Assembly (NCBI GenBank): GCA_965223705.1
Contig: OZ245015.1
Span: forward strand, 3,040,001-3,104,000
Origin: Myxococcota bacterium
GTDB lineage: Bacteria > Myxococcota_A > UBA9160 > UBA6930
Direction: 5' to 3'
DNA length: 64,000 bases
This document shows, in pieces, positions 7,520-17,076 of the stretch. The notes beneath the pieces were generated by a model that was given only the letters and a program-made list of their open reading frames with translations, did not search any database and was not told where the DNA came from. A program made the translations under genes and the position numbers. Position 1 is the first letter of the stretch; each line of letters opens with the position of its first letter.

Positions 7520-9772
7520 CTAGTCGTCGAGTGCTTCGAGGACTCGCGGCGGCGAGATGGGCAGGCTTCGGAAACGCACCCCGGTCGCGTTGTGCACCGC
7601 ATTCGCCACGGCGGGGAGCGGCGGCACGATGGGCACCTCGCCGACTCCTCGAACGCCGTACGGATGGGTCGGGTTCGGAACCTCGATGATCACGGTATCG
7701 ATCATCGGCAGATCCGAAGCGACGGGCATCCGGTAGTCGAGGAAGCCCGGGTTCTCGAGCTGTCCATCGGCGTCGTAGACGTAGGCTTCGTTCAACGCCC
7801 AGCCAATGCCTTGAACGGCGCCGCCCTGCATTTGCCCTTCGACGTAACTCGGGTGAATGGCGCGCCCGACGTCTTGGATCGCGGTGTAGCGGACAACGTC
7901 GACGCGACCGGTTTCCTTGTCGACTTCTACATCGCAGATATGGGTGGCAAAGCCCGGCCCCGGGCCCCGGGCGTTCAACGACGCCCGCCCCTGGATCGGA
8001 CCGCCGGTCTTGGCGGCGGAGGCTGCGAGCTCGGTGATGGTCAAAGGATCGCGACCGGATGAGCCGTTCACGGCGATCGCCGCGCCCTCGCGCCACTCGA
8101 CGTCTTGGACATCGATTTCCCAGATCTTCGCGGCCCGTTCGCACAGCTGGCGCACGACGTCCCGCGACGCTTCCACCACGGCCATTCCCGTCGCGAACGT
8201 CACGCGGCTACCGCCCGTCAGATCGCTGTAGCCGACGGACTCCGTGTCACCGACGACCGGGCGAATCTGGTCGACCGGGATTCCGAGCTCTTCGGCCGCC
8301 ATGAGCGCCATCGAGGCTCGTGACCCGCCGATGTCCGGATTGCCGCTGACGACGATGGCATTGCCGTCTTCGTTCAGCATGACGCTCGCACTCGACTGCA
8401 TGCCGGCGTTGAACCAGAAGCCCGACGCGACGCCGCGTCCCTGGTTGGGGCCGAGCGGTGCTTTGTAATGCGGATGATTCTTCGCAGCCTCGAGCGTATC
8501 GGTGAACCCGTGAACCTTGAACTTCGGGCCGTACGCCGCCTGATCGCCTTCTGTCGCGGCGTTCTTCAAGCGGAAGTCGATGGGATCCATGCCGAGATCG
8601 CTCGCGATCTCGTCGATCACGGTCTCGGAAGCGAACGCGGCCATCGGTGCGCCGGGAGCGCGGTAGGCCGCGACTTTCGGTTTGTTGACAACCACGTCGA
8701 AGCCTTCGATGCGCACGTGCTCGAGCTTGTACGGCGCGAAGATCGTCATCATGCCGGGCGCGACGGGCGACCCTTTGAATGCGCCGGCCTCGTAGGTCAG
8801 GGTGGCGTCGGCGGCTGTGATCGTTCCGTCCTTTTTGACGCCGATCTTCACGCGGATGTGACTGCCCGACGTCGGCCCCGTCGCGCGGAACACCTCGTCG
8901 CGAGACATCACGATCTTGACGGGTCGCCCGGTCTTCTTCGCGAGCAGGATCGCCACGGGCTCGGCGTACACCACCGTCTTCCCGCCAAAACCGCCGCCGA
9001 TCTCGGCCGGAACGACTTTGATCTGCGTCGGGTCCATGTCGAGCACCTTCGCGCTGTAGGCGCGGACCATGAAGTGGCCCTGGGTGCTGCAATACACCTC
9101 GGCGCGACCGTCGGCGATGCTGCGCGCGATCACCGCGTGGGGCTCGATGTAGCCCTGGTGCACGGTCTCGGTCGTGAACTCGCGCTCGACGATGTGATCG
9201 GCGTTCGCGAACCCTTCGTCGACGTCTCCGAAACCCATGAAGGAATGGTTCGCGATGTTCGTCGGCCCTTCGGGTAGCGGGTCGTCGCCCTTCGCGCGCA
9301 TGTCTTCGTGCAAGATCGGCGCGTCATCGGCGAGAGCGCGCTCCAAATTCAAGACGGGCTCGAGGACTTCGTATTCCACTTCGATCGCTTGGAGCGCGAG
9401 CTCCGCGATGCGCGGTGTCTTGGCCGCCACCGCGGCCAGCGCGTGACCGTTGTAGAGAACCTTGTCCCGCGCCATCACGTTGCGCGCCATGTCCCGAAAA
9501 TCCTGGGGACCTTCGCCCGCGCCCGCGCCCGTCGGCGGATCGGGGAAATCCTTCCCCGTCACGACGACGGCGACGCCATCGATGGCCTCGGCTGCAGACG
9601 TGTCGATGCGGACGATTCGAGCGTGCGCGTGGGGGCTTCGCAGAATCTTTCCACACAGCGTGCCCGGCCAGTTCAAGTCCGCTCCGAAGTTGGCTTTCCC
9701 CGTGACCTTGTCGACGCCATCGTGGCGGATGGGACGCGTGCCGATCCACTTGAGCTTCTTCTCTTCGCTCAT
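7520..9772 (-). CDS. Xanthine dehydrogenase family molybdopterin-binding (large) subunit
   Basis: DGVDKVTGKA, RSPHAHA, HQGYIEP, IGGGFGGK, AYRAPG, GQMQGGAVQGIG, GVRGVGE. Confidence 0.93.
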   Translation of the reverse strand: MSEEKKLKWIGTRPIRHDGVDKVTGKANFGADLNWPGTLCGKILRSPHAHARIVRIDTSAAEAIDGVAVVVTGKDFPDPPTGAGAGEGPQDFRDMARNVMARDKVLYNGHALAAVAAKTPRIAELALQAIEVEYEVLEPVLNLERALADDAPILHEDMRAKGDDPLPEGPTNIANHSFMGFGDVDEGFANADHIVEREFTTETVHQGYIEPHAVIARSIADGRAEVYCSTQGHFMVRAYSAKVLDMDPTQIKVVPAEIGGGFGGKTVVYAEPVAILLAKKTGRPVKIVMSRDEVFRATGPTSGSHIRVKIGVKKDGTITAADATLTYEAGAFKGSPVAPGMMTIFAPYKLEHVRIEGFDVVVNKPKVAAYRAPGAPMAAFASETVIDEIASDLGMDPIDFRLKNAATEGDQAAYGPKFKVHGFTDTLEAAKNHPHYKAPLGPNQGRGVASGFWFNAGMQSSASVMLNEDGNAIVVSGNPDIGGSRASMALMAAEELGIPVDQIRPVVGDTESVGYSDLTGGSRVTFATGMAVVEASRDVVRQLCERAAKIWEIDVQDVEWREGAAIAVNGSSGRDPLTITELAASAAKTGGPIQGRASLNARGPGPGFATHICDVEVDKETGRVDVVRYTAIQDVGRAIHPSYVEGQMQGGAVQGIGWALNEAYVYDADGQLENPGFLDYRMPVASDLPMIDTVIIEVPNPTHPYGVRGVGEVPIVPPLPAVANAVHNATGVRFRSLPISPPRVLEALDD

Positions 9773-10251
9773 CAGGCTTCTCCTCGAATCTCAGCAGCCG
9801 CGTCGAGCACGGCGCGAATGATCTTGTCGTAGCCGGTACACCGACAGAGGTTTCCGGCCAGGTAGTAGCGAGCCTCTTCTTCCGTGGGGTCCGGGTTCTT
9901 CTCGAGCAGAGCCTTCGTCGCCACGATGAACCCCGGCGTACAGACGCCACATTGCAGCGCGGCGTGCTCGAGAAACTTCTGCTGGATGGGATGCAGCGTC
10001 TCGCCGTCGGCCACACCTTCGATGGTTTCGACCCGGCGATCCTGACATTCGGGCGCGAGGACCAGGCAAGCGCAGACCAGTCGACCGTCGAGCATCACCG
10101 AGCAGGCCCCACAGTCTCCGGTGCCACAACCCTCTTTCGTCCCGGTCAGACCGAGGTCGTCGCGCAGCACCTCGAGCAGGGTTTGGCCGGCTTCGCACAG
10201 AAACTCCGTCGGCTCGTCGTTGATGTGTGTCGTCACGTGCATTTTGCTCAC
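9772..10251 (-). CDS. (2Fe-2S)-binding small subunit (CoxS/XdhC-like)
   Basis: GTKEGCGTGDCGACSV, QCGVCTPG, GNLCRCTGY; GTG start at 10251 overlaps the upstream TGA. Confidence 0.93.
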   Translation of the reverse strand: MSKMHVTTHINDEPTEFLCEAGQTLLEVLRDDLGLTGTKEGCGTGDCGACSVMLDGRLVCACLVLAPECQDRRVETIEGVADGETLHPIQQKFLEHAALQCGVCTPGFIVATKALLEKNPDPTEEEARYYLAGNLCRCTGYDKIIRAVLDAAAEIRGEA

Positions 10252-11123
10252 GATTGTCGCTCCCGCGCGCGATCGGCGGCGATTCGCGCCGAACGTTGCG
10301 TCAACACGGACGCAACGCGGCGCCGGTACGCCACTGTCCCGCGCTTGTCGTCGATCGGATTCGCAGCGGCGCCCGCCGCGGCGCCGGCCTGGGCGATGGC
10401 CGCGTCGTCGAGCGCTGTCCCGACCAGCGCGGCCGCCGCGTCGGGCACCAGGAGCGCGGTCGGCGCTACAGCGCCGATCGCCACGCGCGCCGCTTCGCAC
10501 GTTCCGTCGGCCGCAAGTTTCACGCTCACCGCGGCGCCGACTACGGCGATGTCCATTTCGGTGCGCGGGATCAGCCGCAAGTACGCGTCTGCAGCGCCCG
10601 GACCTTGGGGCGGAAAGTCGAGCCGAACCAGAAATTCGCCGTCGCCGAGCGCGTTGCGGCCGGGACCGGTCGTAAAGTCCTCGGCTGCGATCTCTCGCTG
10701 TCCGTTCGGTCCGGCGACGACACACTTCGCTCCGAGCGAAATCAAGCTCGGCACCGTATCCGCTGCGGGAGATGCGTTGCACAAGTTCCCGCCGACGGTG
10801 GCCCGACCTTGAATCTGGGATGACCCGATCAGGTCGACCGCTTCGGAAAATCCCGGATACATCGACCGGACCGCTTGGTTCTCGTAGATCTGTGCCGCCG
10901 GCACGGACGCGCCGAGGCGCATCCCCCCCGCGTCGATCTCGAGAGCCATCAGTTCCGGAATCCGTTTGATGTCAACGTACAGACCGGGGTTTCGGAGCCC
11001 CGTCCGAGCCTGGACCAGGAGGTCCGTGCCTCCTGCTAAAACCGCCGCACCGGCGCCGTCGGCGGCCAGCGCCGCTACCGCCTCGTCGACAGACGTGGGC
11101 GACGCAAATCGCGCATCGAGCAT
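10248..11123 (-). CDS. FAD-binding medium subunit (CoxM/XdhB-like)
   Basis: LAGGTDLL, ATVGGNLCNASPAAD, PIDDKRGTVAYR; ATG at 11123 with a GGAG RBS. Confidence 0.92.
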   Translation of the reverse strand: MLDARFASPTSVDEAVAALAADGAGAAVLAGGTDLLVQARTGLRNPGLYVDIKRIPELMALEIDAGGMRLGASVPAAQIYENQAVRSMYPGFSEAVDLIGSSQIQGRATVGGNLCNASPAADTVPSLISLGAKCVVAGPNGQREIAAEDFTTGPGRNALGDGEFLVRLDFPPQGPGAADAYLRLIPRTEMDIAVVGAAVSVKLAADGTCEAARVAIGAVAPTALLVPDAAAALVGTALDDAAIAQAGAAAGAAANPIDDKRGTVAYRRRVASVLTQRSARIAADRARERQS

Positions 11124-11215
11124 GCTTCGCTTCTCTCCTTGATCGCGGCGCCGTGCGCGCCGCGGCGTCATTGTACCGCAAGCTCCCGGAGGGGAAGACG
11201 GGTACCTTCCCGGCC

Positions 11216-11638
11216 ATGGAGAGTCCGCAGGAACTTCGCGAACTCCTTGGCGCCATCCGGCGCGTGGCCGTGGTCGGTGTGTCGGGCGAACCCACCCGGC
11301 CGAGCCATGAGGTTGCCGCCTTCCTCATCACGCACAGTCACTTCGAAGTCGACCTCGTGAATCCCCATGAGCGTGAGGTGTTCGGCCGCCCCTGCTATCC
11401 GAGTCTCCAAGCGCTACCCGAGAGGCCAGACCTGGTCGACGTATTTCGCCGTCCCCCGGCACTCCCGGAAGTCGCTCGGGACGCGGTTCGGGTCGGTGCG
11501 AAGGCGCTCTGGCTCCAGGAGGGTCTGATCAGTGCCGAGGCGAAGCGCATCGCCGAAGACGCGGGCCTGGCCGTGGTCATGGATCGCTGCCTGAAGGTGG
11601 ACTACCGGAACCTGGCACCCATGCCAGAGGGCGGTTAG
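11216..11638 (+). CDS. CoA-binding protein (YccU-like)
   Basis: VAVVGVSGEPTRPS, DLVDVFR, ALWLQEG, VVMDRCLK. Confidence 0.88.
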   Translation: MESPQELRELLGAIRRVAVVGVSGEPTRPSHEVAAFLITHSHFEVDLVNPHEREVFGRPCYPSLQALPERPDLVDVFRRPPALPEVARDAVRVGAKALWLQEGLISAEAKRIAEDAGLAVVMDRCLKVDYRNLAPMPEGG

Positions 11639-11644
11639 GGGCCT

Positions 11645-13444
11645 GTGGCGGAACCCGAATTCGAGAGCAGCGATTCCCGGCGGCACGCACGCCCGCTGGC
11701 GCAACTGCAGAAGGCAACCCTCCCGGGACCGCTCGCCTTGACCCTGGGCGGGAGCCTTCCGGAAGTTCAGGTCGCGTACGAGACCTACGGAAGTCTGAAC
11801 GGCGACGCGAGTAACGCCGTCTTGGTGTGCCACGCGATTTCTGGAGATTCCCACGTCGCGCGGCATTCGGAGGAGGACGATCCGGGCTGGTGGGACGCAC
11901 TGGTCGGCCCCGGAAAAGCGGTCGATACCGATCGCTTCTTCGTGATCTGTTCGAACGTCCTCGGCGGGTGCCGCGGCACCACCGGACCCAACAGCACGAA
12001 CCCCGCAACCGGCAAACCCTACGGACTCGAGTTCCCGACGATCACGGTCGAGGACATGGTGAATGTTCAAGTGGCGCTCGTCGAGCAACTCGGCATCGGA
12101 CGACTGCTTGCGGTTGTCGGCGGATCCCTCGGAGGCCATCAAGCGCTGGCTTGGGCGGCCCATCACGCGGGCCGGGTCGGTGCGGTAGTCGCGCTCGCGA
12201 CATCCCCTCGACTGACCAGCCAGGGCGTCGCTTTCGATGTCGTCGCTCGGAACGCTATTCAACGCGACGCGCACTTTTCCGACGGGCAGTACTACGATCG
12301 CGACCGGAGGCCCGACGTCGGCCTGGCGATCGCGCGGATGCTCGGGCACATCACGTATCTGTCGCCGGAGGGGATGTCCGAGCGCTTCGAACAACACCGC
12401 TTCGAGGTGCGAACGGAAGAACGGAGCGAGTTCGAGCGAAAATTCGCCGTGGGCTCGTATCTGGCGCATCAGGGCGAGCGATTCGTCGAGCGCTTCGACG
12501 CCAACAGCTACATCACGCTCTCCATGGCGATGGATCTCTTCGATCTCGGGGGCGATTCGGCCCGGCTCGCCGCAAACCTCGAGGGCGCCGACTGCCGCTT
12601 CCTCATCGTGAGCTACAGCAGCGACTGGCTGTTTCCGCCGTCGCAATCCGAAGAAATCGTGCGCGCGCTGGTGACGATCCGCGAGTCCGTGACCTACTGC
12701 AACGTCGTCACGCCCTGCGGCCATGACGCGTTCCTTCTCGAGGACGATCTCCCGATCTACGGCGAACTCGTGCGGGGTTTCTTGTCCGGCGGTGTTCGGG
12801 AGGGTCCGGACGTCGAAACCGCCGGCGAGGCGCTGTCGCCGACCCATCTATTTCGGGAGCGACGCGACTACGACCACCTGGTCGAGTTGATCGCTCCGGG
12901 TGCTTCCGTCCTCGATCTCGGGTGCGGCTCGGGTAGCCTGCTTCGGCGTCTCCGCGAGCGCGGCCACCGCGAAGTGATGGGCGTCGATTTCTCCGAGCAG
13001 GCGATCTTGACGTGCACCGACCGGGGAATTCCCGCGATTCAGGCCGACCTCGACAACGGCCTCGACTTCTTTCCGGATCGGCACTTCGACACGGTGGTGC
13101 TCTCACAGACCCTGCAAGCGGTGCGGGACGTGGAGCGTGTGATCGCGGAACTGCTGCGGGTCGGCCGGCGCGCGCTCGTGACCTTCCCGAACGCGGCCTT
13201 CCACGAACATCGCCAAACCCTTCTCGACGAAGGGCGGGTTCCCGACATGGTCGTGCCCGAGCGTCACCGCTGGCACGATTCTCCGCCCCTACGGCTCTTC
13301 TCGATCCTCGATTTCGAGGCGTTCTGCGAGGCGCGCCAGATCGAGGTGCACGACGTCGTCGCGCTCAATCAGCGAAGGAACGAGCGCGTCACCGACGACC
13401 CGAACCGGAACGCCGACTTGGCGATCTTCGTGCTGAGCCGCTAG
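11645..13444 (+). CDS. metX: Homoserine O-acyltransferase MetX fused to a C-terminal MetW-like methyltransferase-fold domain
   Basis: VAYETYG, CHAISGDSH, GWWD, GGSLGG (nucleophile), SSDWLFP and GHDAFL; then VLDLGCGSG, LSQTLQAV, VTFPN (MetW-like). Confidence 0.9.
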   Translation: MAEPEFESSDSRRHARPLAQLQKATLPGPLALTLGGSLPEVQVAYETYGSLNGDASNAVLVCHAISGDSHVARHSEEDDPGWWDALVGPGKAVDTDRFFVICSNVLGGCRGTTGPNSTNPATGKPYGLEFPTITVEDMVNVQVALVEQLGIGRLLAVVGGSLGGHQALAWAAHHAGRVGAVVALATSPRLTSQGVAFDVVARNAIQRDAHFSDGQYYDRDRRPDVGLAIARMLGHITYLSPEGMSERFEQHRFEVRTEERSEFERKFAVGSYLAHQGERFVERFDANSYITLSMAMDLFDLGGDSARLAANLEGADCRFLIVSYSSDWLFPPSQSEEIVRALVTIRESVTYCNVVTPCGHDAFLLEDDLPIYGELVRGFLSGGVREGPDVETAGEALSPTHLFRERRDYDHLVELIAPGASVLDLGCGSGSLLRRLRERGHREVMGVDFSEQAILTCTDRGIPAIQADLDNGLDFFPDRHFDTVVLSQTLQAVRDVERVIAELLRVGRRALVTFPNAAFHEHRQTLLDEGRVPDMVVPERHRWHDSPPLRLFSILDFEAFCEARQIEVHDVVALNQRRNERVTDDPNRNADLAIFVLSR

Positions 13445-13452
13445 GGCGCACC

Positions 13453-13884
13453 CTAGAGACCGAGCGCACCCTTGATCCCCTCGACGCCGCCGCTGTAGAT
13501 CGCGTTCACGACCCCGCTGGCCTCTTCGTCGCTCACGCCCTTCGGCTCGAACGCCCCGGCCCACTCGAGCTCGGTTGCGTCGGGGCCGAGAGGCCGAAGG
13601 GAGAATCGCGAGGAGTAGCCTTGAAACGGGAGCGGCGACTCATCGTCGTTCACGATCGTGTACGCGAAGCGGTAGCCGGCGGCGTCGTACGCGTCGAGGC
13701 GTTCGAGCACGACCCCACCGCCGTCCGCCATCTCGAGGCGACGGACGCACCCGACGCCGGTCCCGTCGACCGTGCAAGACTTCACGGCGTCCCCGACGAA
13801 ACTGAGGTCGCCGAAGTCTTCGACGACTTTCCACACCTTCTGCACCGGCGCGTCGATGCGCTCGATCACTTTCACACTCGCCAT
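13453..13884 (-). CDS. SRPBCC (polyketide cyclase/dehydrase-like) family protein
   Basis: IDAPVQKVW..DF, GVGCVRRL, ERL, YTIV...LPF; 143 aa. Confidence 0.85.
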   Translation of the reverse strand: MASVKVIERIDAPVQKVWKVVEDFGDLSFVGDAVKSCTVDGTGVGCVRRLEMADGGGVVLERLDAYDAAGYRFAYTIVNDDESPLPFQGYSSRFSLRPLGPDATELEWAGAFEPKGVSDEEASGVVNAIYSGGVEGIKGALGL

Positions 13885-13893
13885 GTTCGTCTC

Positions 13894-14700
13894 CTAGCGC
13901 CCGTGATACACAGGGCTTCGCTTCTCCATGAAGGCTCGAGGGCCTTCCTTGGCGTCCTCGGTTTTAAACACGGGTGTCGACAGCTTCGTCTCGAGCTTCA
14001 TGCCCTCTTCTTCGGTGAGCCCACTGCAGAGCCGCGCGGAGCGACGGATCGCCTTGACGGCGATGGGCCCGTTCGCCGCGATCTTCTCGGCGATCTCCAT
14101 CGCCTTGTCGACGAGCTTTCCGCGAGGCACCACGTAGTTCAGGAAGCCGAGCTCGAGCGCCTGATCGGCCGTGACCAGGTCCCCCGTCAACAAGAGCTCC
14201 ATGGCTTTCGCGTAGGGGAGCTGCCGGGGCAGCCGCACCGTCGAGCCGCCTGCCGGGAAGATCGCCCACTTCACTTCTTGCACGCCGAAGCGCGCTTCCG
14301 GAACCGACACGCGAATGTCGGTCCCCTGGACGAGCTCCATCCCCCCAGCGATCGCGTGGCCGTTGATCGCGGCGATCACCGGCTTCTCGGCATCGAAGTC
14401 GCGCAGCAGAGCGATCCCTGTAATTGCCGGGTTCTTCACCACCTCTTCGTCCCACTCGTCTTCCGGTTCGCGAGCCCCGGAAAAGAGCGGAATCAGCTTT
14501 CCGAGATCTGCGCCGGCGGAAAACGCCTTCTCCCCTTTGCCCGTCAGGATGGCGACGCGGATATTGTCGTCATCGCGCACCTCGTGCCAAGCCCGGTAGA
14601 GCCGCACGGCGACCTCGGGTGAGATCGCGTTGCGGGCGTCCGGGCGATTGAGACGCACGATGGCGACGTTTCCCACGCGTTCGAAATCGACGACCGGCAT
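13894..14700 (-). CDS. Enoyl-CoA hydratase/isomerase (crotonase)
   Basis: LNRPDARNA, AFSAGADL, KPVIAAINGHAIAGGMEL, EGPRAFMEKR; ATG at 14700 with a GAGGAG RBS. Confidence 0.92.
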   Translation of the reverse strand: MPVVDFERVGNVAIVRLNRPDARNAISPEVAVRLYRAWHEVRDDDNIRVAILTGKGEKAFSAGADLGKLIPLFSGAREPEDEWDEEVVKNPAITGIALLRDFDAEKPVIAAINGHAIAGGMELVQGTDIRVSVPEARFGVQEVKWAIFPAGGSTVRLPRQLPYAKAMELLLTGDLVTADQALELGFLNYVVPRGKLVDKAMEIAEKIAANGPIAVKAIRRSARLCSGLTEEEGMKLETKLSTPVFKTEDAKEGPRAFMEKRSPVYHGR

Positions 14701-14799
14701 AACTTCCTCCTCGGCCACAGGGAACCACAGCCGGACCGCGTCGGAAAGACGGTCTGGTAGCATGCGGTCGGCCGGAAGGCCGTTGTACGGAGAAACGCC

Positions 14800-16218
14800 A
14801 TGGCACTGATGACCCCGCAGCAATACCGCGAAAGCCTGTCCGACGGGCGCGAAATCTATTGGGACGGGGAGCGTATCGAGGACGTCAACGACCACCCGGC
14901 CTTCGCGCTGCCGCTGGAGGTGGCCGCCCTCGATTACGACTACGACGACCCGGCAAAGCGGGAGCACTTCGTCTACAAGACGGAGCTCGGCGAGTTGGCG
15001 CACCGCGTGTATCAGGTGCCGAAAAGCGAAGAGGATCTCCTCGCGCGGCTTTCGATGGCCGAGCATCTCTCGCTCGTGGGCGGCGTTACCGGGGTCTACA
15101 TGGCCCTGCTCTCGGTTGTTGACGACGTCAAAGAAGTCTCGCCCCGATACGCCGAGAACATCGTTTCGGTCTACGAGAACGCTCGGAGCCGCGACTTGCG
15201 GGCGGCGGAAGTCATCACCGACGCCAAGGGCGATCGCAGCCGGCGCGCCCACGAGCAAGACGATCCGGACCTCTACGTGCGGATTGTCGACCGCAGCGAC
15301 GAAGGCATCGTGGTCCGAGGTGCGAAACTCCACATCACGGGCGCGTCGCTCGTCCACGAGCAAGTCGTCATGCCGACCAAGGCTATGCGCCCCGAGGAAA
15401 GCGACTACGCGGTCTCCTTTTCGATCCCGACCAACGCACCCGGCGTCAAGATCATCAATCGGAGTTTCGCCGAGGAGAAGCCCGTCGACGCCTTCGACTA
15501 CCCGTTCAGTGCGCGCGCGAGCATGCCCGAAGGTTTCGTCGTGTTCGACGACGTGTTCGTTCCCTGGGATCGGGTCTTCCTCGCCGGCGAAACGCACCTG
15601 GCCGGTCACTTCGCCCGCGCGCTCGGCTTGTGGGAGCGAACCCTCGGGCTCGCCGAGGCTGTCGAACACGCGCAGATCATCGTCGGGTTGGCGGCGCTCG
15701 TCACCGAGCAGCAGGGGAAGGAGCGCAAACCCGACGTGCAGAACACCCTTGCAGAGCTCATCGCATACGCCGAGCTTCTGCGCATGTCCCTCGACTACGC
15801 CGTGAGGAACTACGAACGCACGCCTTCGGGTATGGTCACGCCGAACGTCCTCGCGGTGAATGTGGCGAAGTATCACTACGCGGCACACTTCCACGACATG
15901 GTGCGCAACCTGCAGGACGTCTCCGGCGGACTGGTCTTGACGTTGCCGAAGAAAGCGGACCTCGATCATCCCGTCGCAGGGCCTTTGCTCAGGAAGTACC
16001 TCCACACTCGAGAAGGGACCGCGATCGAAGATCGGATGCGCGTCTTCAACGGCATCCGTGACCTGACGGCCGACGCCTACGGCGGCTGGCAACAAGTCGT
16101 GGCCCTCCAGGCGGGCGGCGGATTGCTCGCCCAACGCGTCATGATGAACCGCACCTTCGATGTCCAAGCGGCCAAGAAGAAAGCCCTGCGCGCCGTCGGC
16201 GCCGCAGTCGAGGAGTAG
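14800..16218 (+). CDS. 4-hydroxyphenylacetate 3-hydroxylase / 4-hydroxybutyryl-CoA dehydratase family flavoprotein
   Basis: YRESLSDGREIYWDGERI, TDAKGDRS, GIVVRGAKLHIT, VVFDDVFVPWDRVF. Confidence 0.85.
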   Translation: MALMTPQQYRESLSDGREIYWDGERIEDVNDHPAFALPLEVAALDYDYDDPAKREHFVYKTELGELAHRVYQVPKSEEDLLARLSMAEHLSLVGGVTGVYMALLSVVDDVKEVSPRYAENIVSVYENARSRDLRAAEVITDAKGDRSRRAHEQDDPDLYVRIVDRSDEGIVVRGAKLHITGASLVHEQVVMPTKAMRPEESDYAVSFSIPTNAPGVKIINRSFAEEKPVDAFDYPFSARASMPEGFVVFDDVFVPWDRVFLAGETHLAGHFARALGLWERTLGLAEAVEHAQIIVGLAALVTEQQGKERKPDVQNTLAELIAYAELLRMSLDYAVRNYERTPSGMVTPNVLAVNVAKYHYAAHFHDMVRNLQDVSGGLVLTLPKKADLDHPVAGPLLRKYLHTREGTAIEDRMRVFNGIRDLTADAYGGWQQVVALQAGGGLLAQRVMMNRTFDVQAAKKKALRAVGAAVEE

Positions 16219-16224
16219 CACTCG

Positions 16225-17058
16225 ATGAATCCGACCTGTTTCGAAGTTGAGATCGAGGACGACGTGGCCCGCATTGAGGCCTGCCGTCCCGATCGCTTGA
16301 ACAGCATGACGCCGGAGTTCTGGAACGAACTTCCCGCGATCATCGAAGAGATCGACAGTCAGGGCTCCGCCCGGGCCGTCGTGATCTCATCAACCGGTAA
16401 GCACTTCACCGCCGGCATGGACCTCTCGGTGTTCTCGTCCAACGATTCGCTCCGCGAATCGAGGGGCGTCACCCGAGGTGCCACGGTGTACGACCTCGTC
16501 GGAGTCGCGCAACGCACCGTCAGCTCTCTCGCGAATTGCCGGATGCCCGTCCTCGCCGCGATCCAAGGCGGTTGCGTCGGTGGCGGTGTCGATCTCGTGA
16601 CGGCGGCCGACATGCGCTACGCGACCGAAGACGCGTTCTTCTGCATTCAGGAAATCAACATCGGCATGACCGCCGATGTCGGGACCTTCCCGAGGTTGTC
16701 GCAACTCATTCCCGACGGTGTTGCCCGCGAGCTCGCGTTCACCGGTCGCCGGATGCCGGCGCAGGAAGCGAAAGAAGTCGGTCTCGTGAATGGAATCTTC
16801 GCGAACCGCGACGACATGATCTCGGGCGTGATGGACGTCGCGCGGGAGATCGCGTCGAAAGCCCCCCTCGCAGTTTACGGTACGAAGCGCATCATGAACT
16901 ACGCGCGCGACCACTCGACGGCGGACACCCTCGACTACATCGGCCTCTGGAACGCCAGTATGCTGCAACCCAGTGAAATGGGCGAGGCTTTCAAAGCCAA
17001 CGCGGAGAAACGCCGCGGCGAGTTCGCCGATCTCCCGCCGCGACCGAAGAAGTTCTGA
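16225..17058 (+). CDS. Crotonase family protein (delta3,5-delta2,4-dienoyl-CoA isomerase-like)
   Basis: HFTAGMDL, PVLAAIQGGCVGGGVDL, EINIGMTADVGT (Glu/Asp pair). Confidence 0.88.
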   Translation: MNPTCFEVEIEDDVARIEACRPDRLNSMTPEFWNELPAIIEEIDSQGSARAVVISSTGKHFTAGMDLSVFSSNDSLRESRGVTRGATVYDLVGVAQRTVSSLANCRMPVLAAIQGGCVGGGVDLVTAADMRYATEDAFFCIQEINIGMTADVGTFPRLSQLIPDGVARELAFTGRRMPAQEAKEVGLVNGIFANRDDMISGVMDVAREIASKAPLAVYGTKRIMNYARDHSTADTLDYIGLWNASMLQPSEMGEAFKANAEKRRGEFADLPPRPKKF

Positions 17059-17076
17059 GAAATCTAGGAGACGTAA

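Noticed and set aside
7520..11123. Aerobic CO dehydrogenase (coxMSL)
   Set aside because: The active-site loop is AYRAPG, not AYxCSFR or AYRGAGR, and there are no coxDEFG accessory genes in the operon.
13894..16221. Apparent large fusion proteins in the ORF track (775 aa here; also 44743-46812, 44785-46767, 2607-4241)
   Set aside because: The N-terminal extensions are antisense or off-frame to neighbouring real genes; the true starts are at 14700, 45910, 45849 and 3446.
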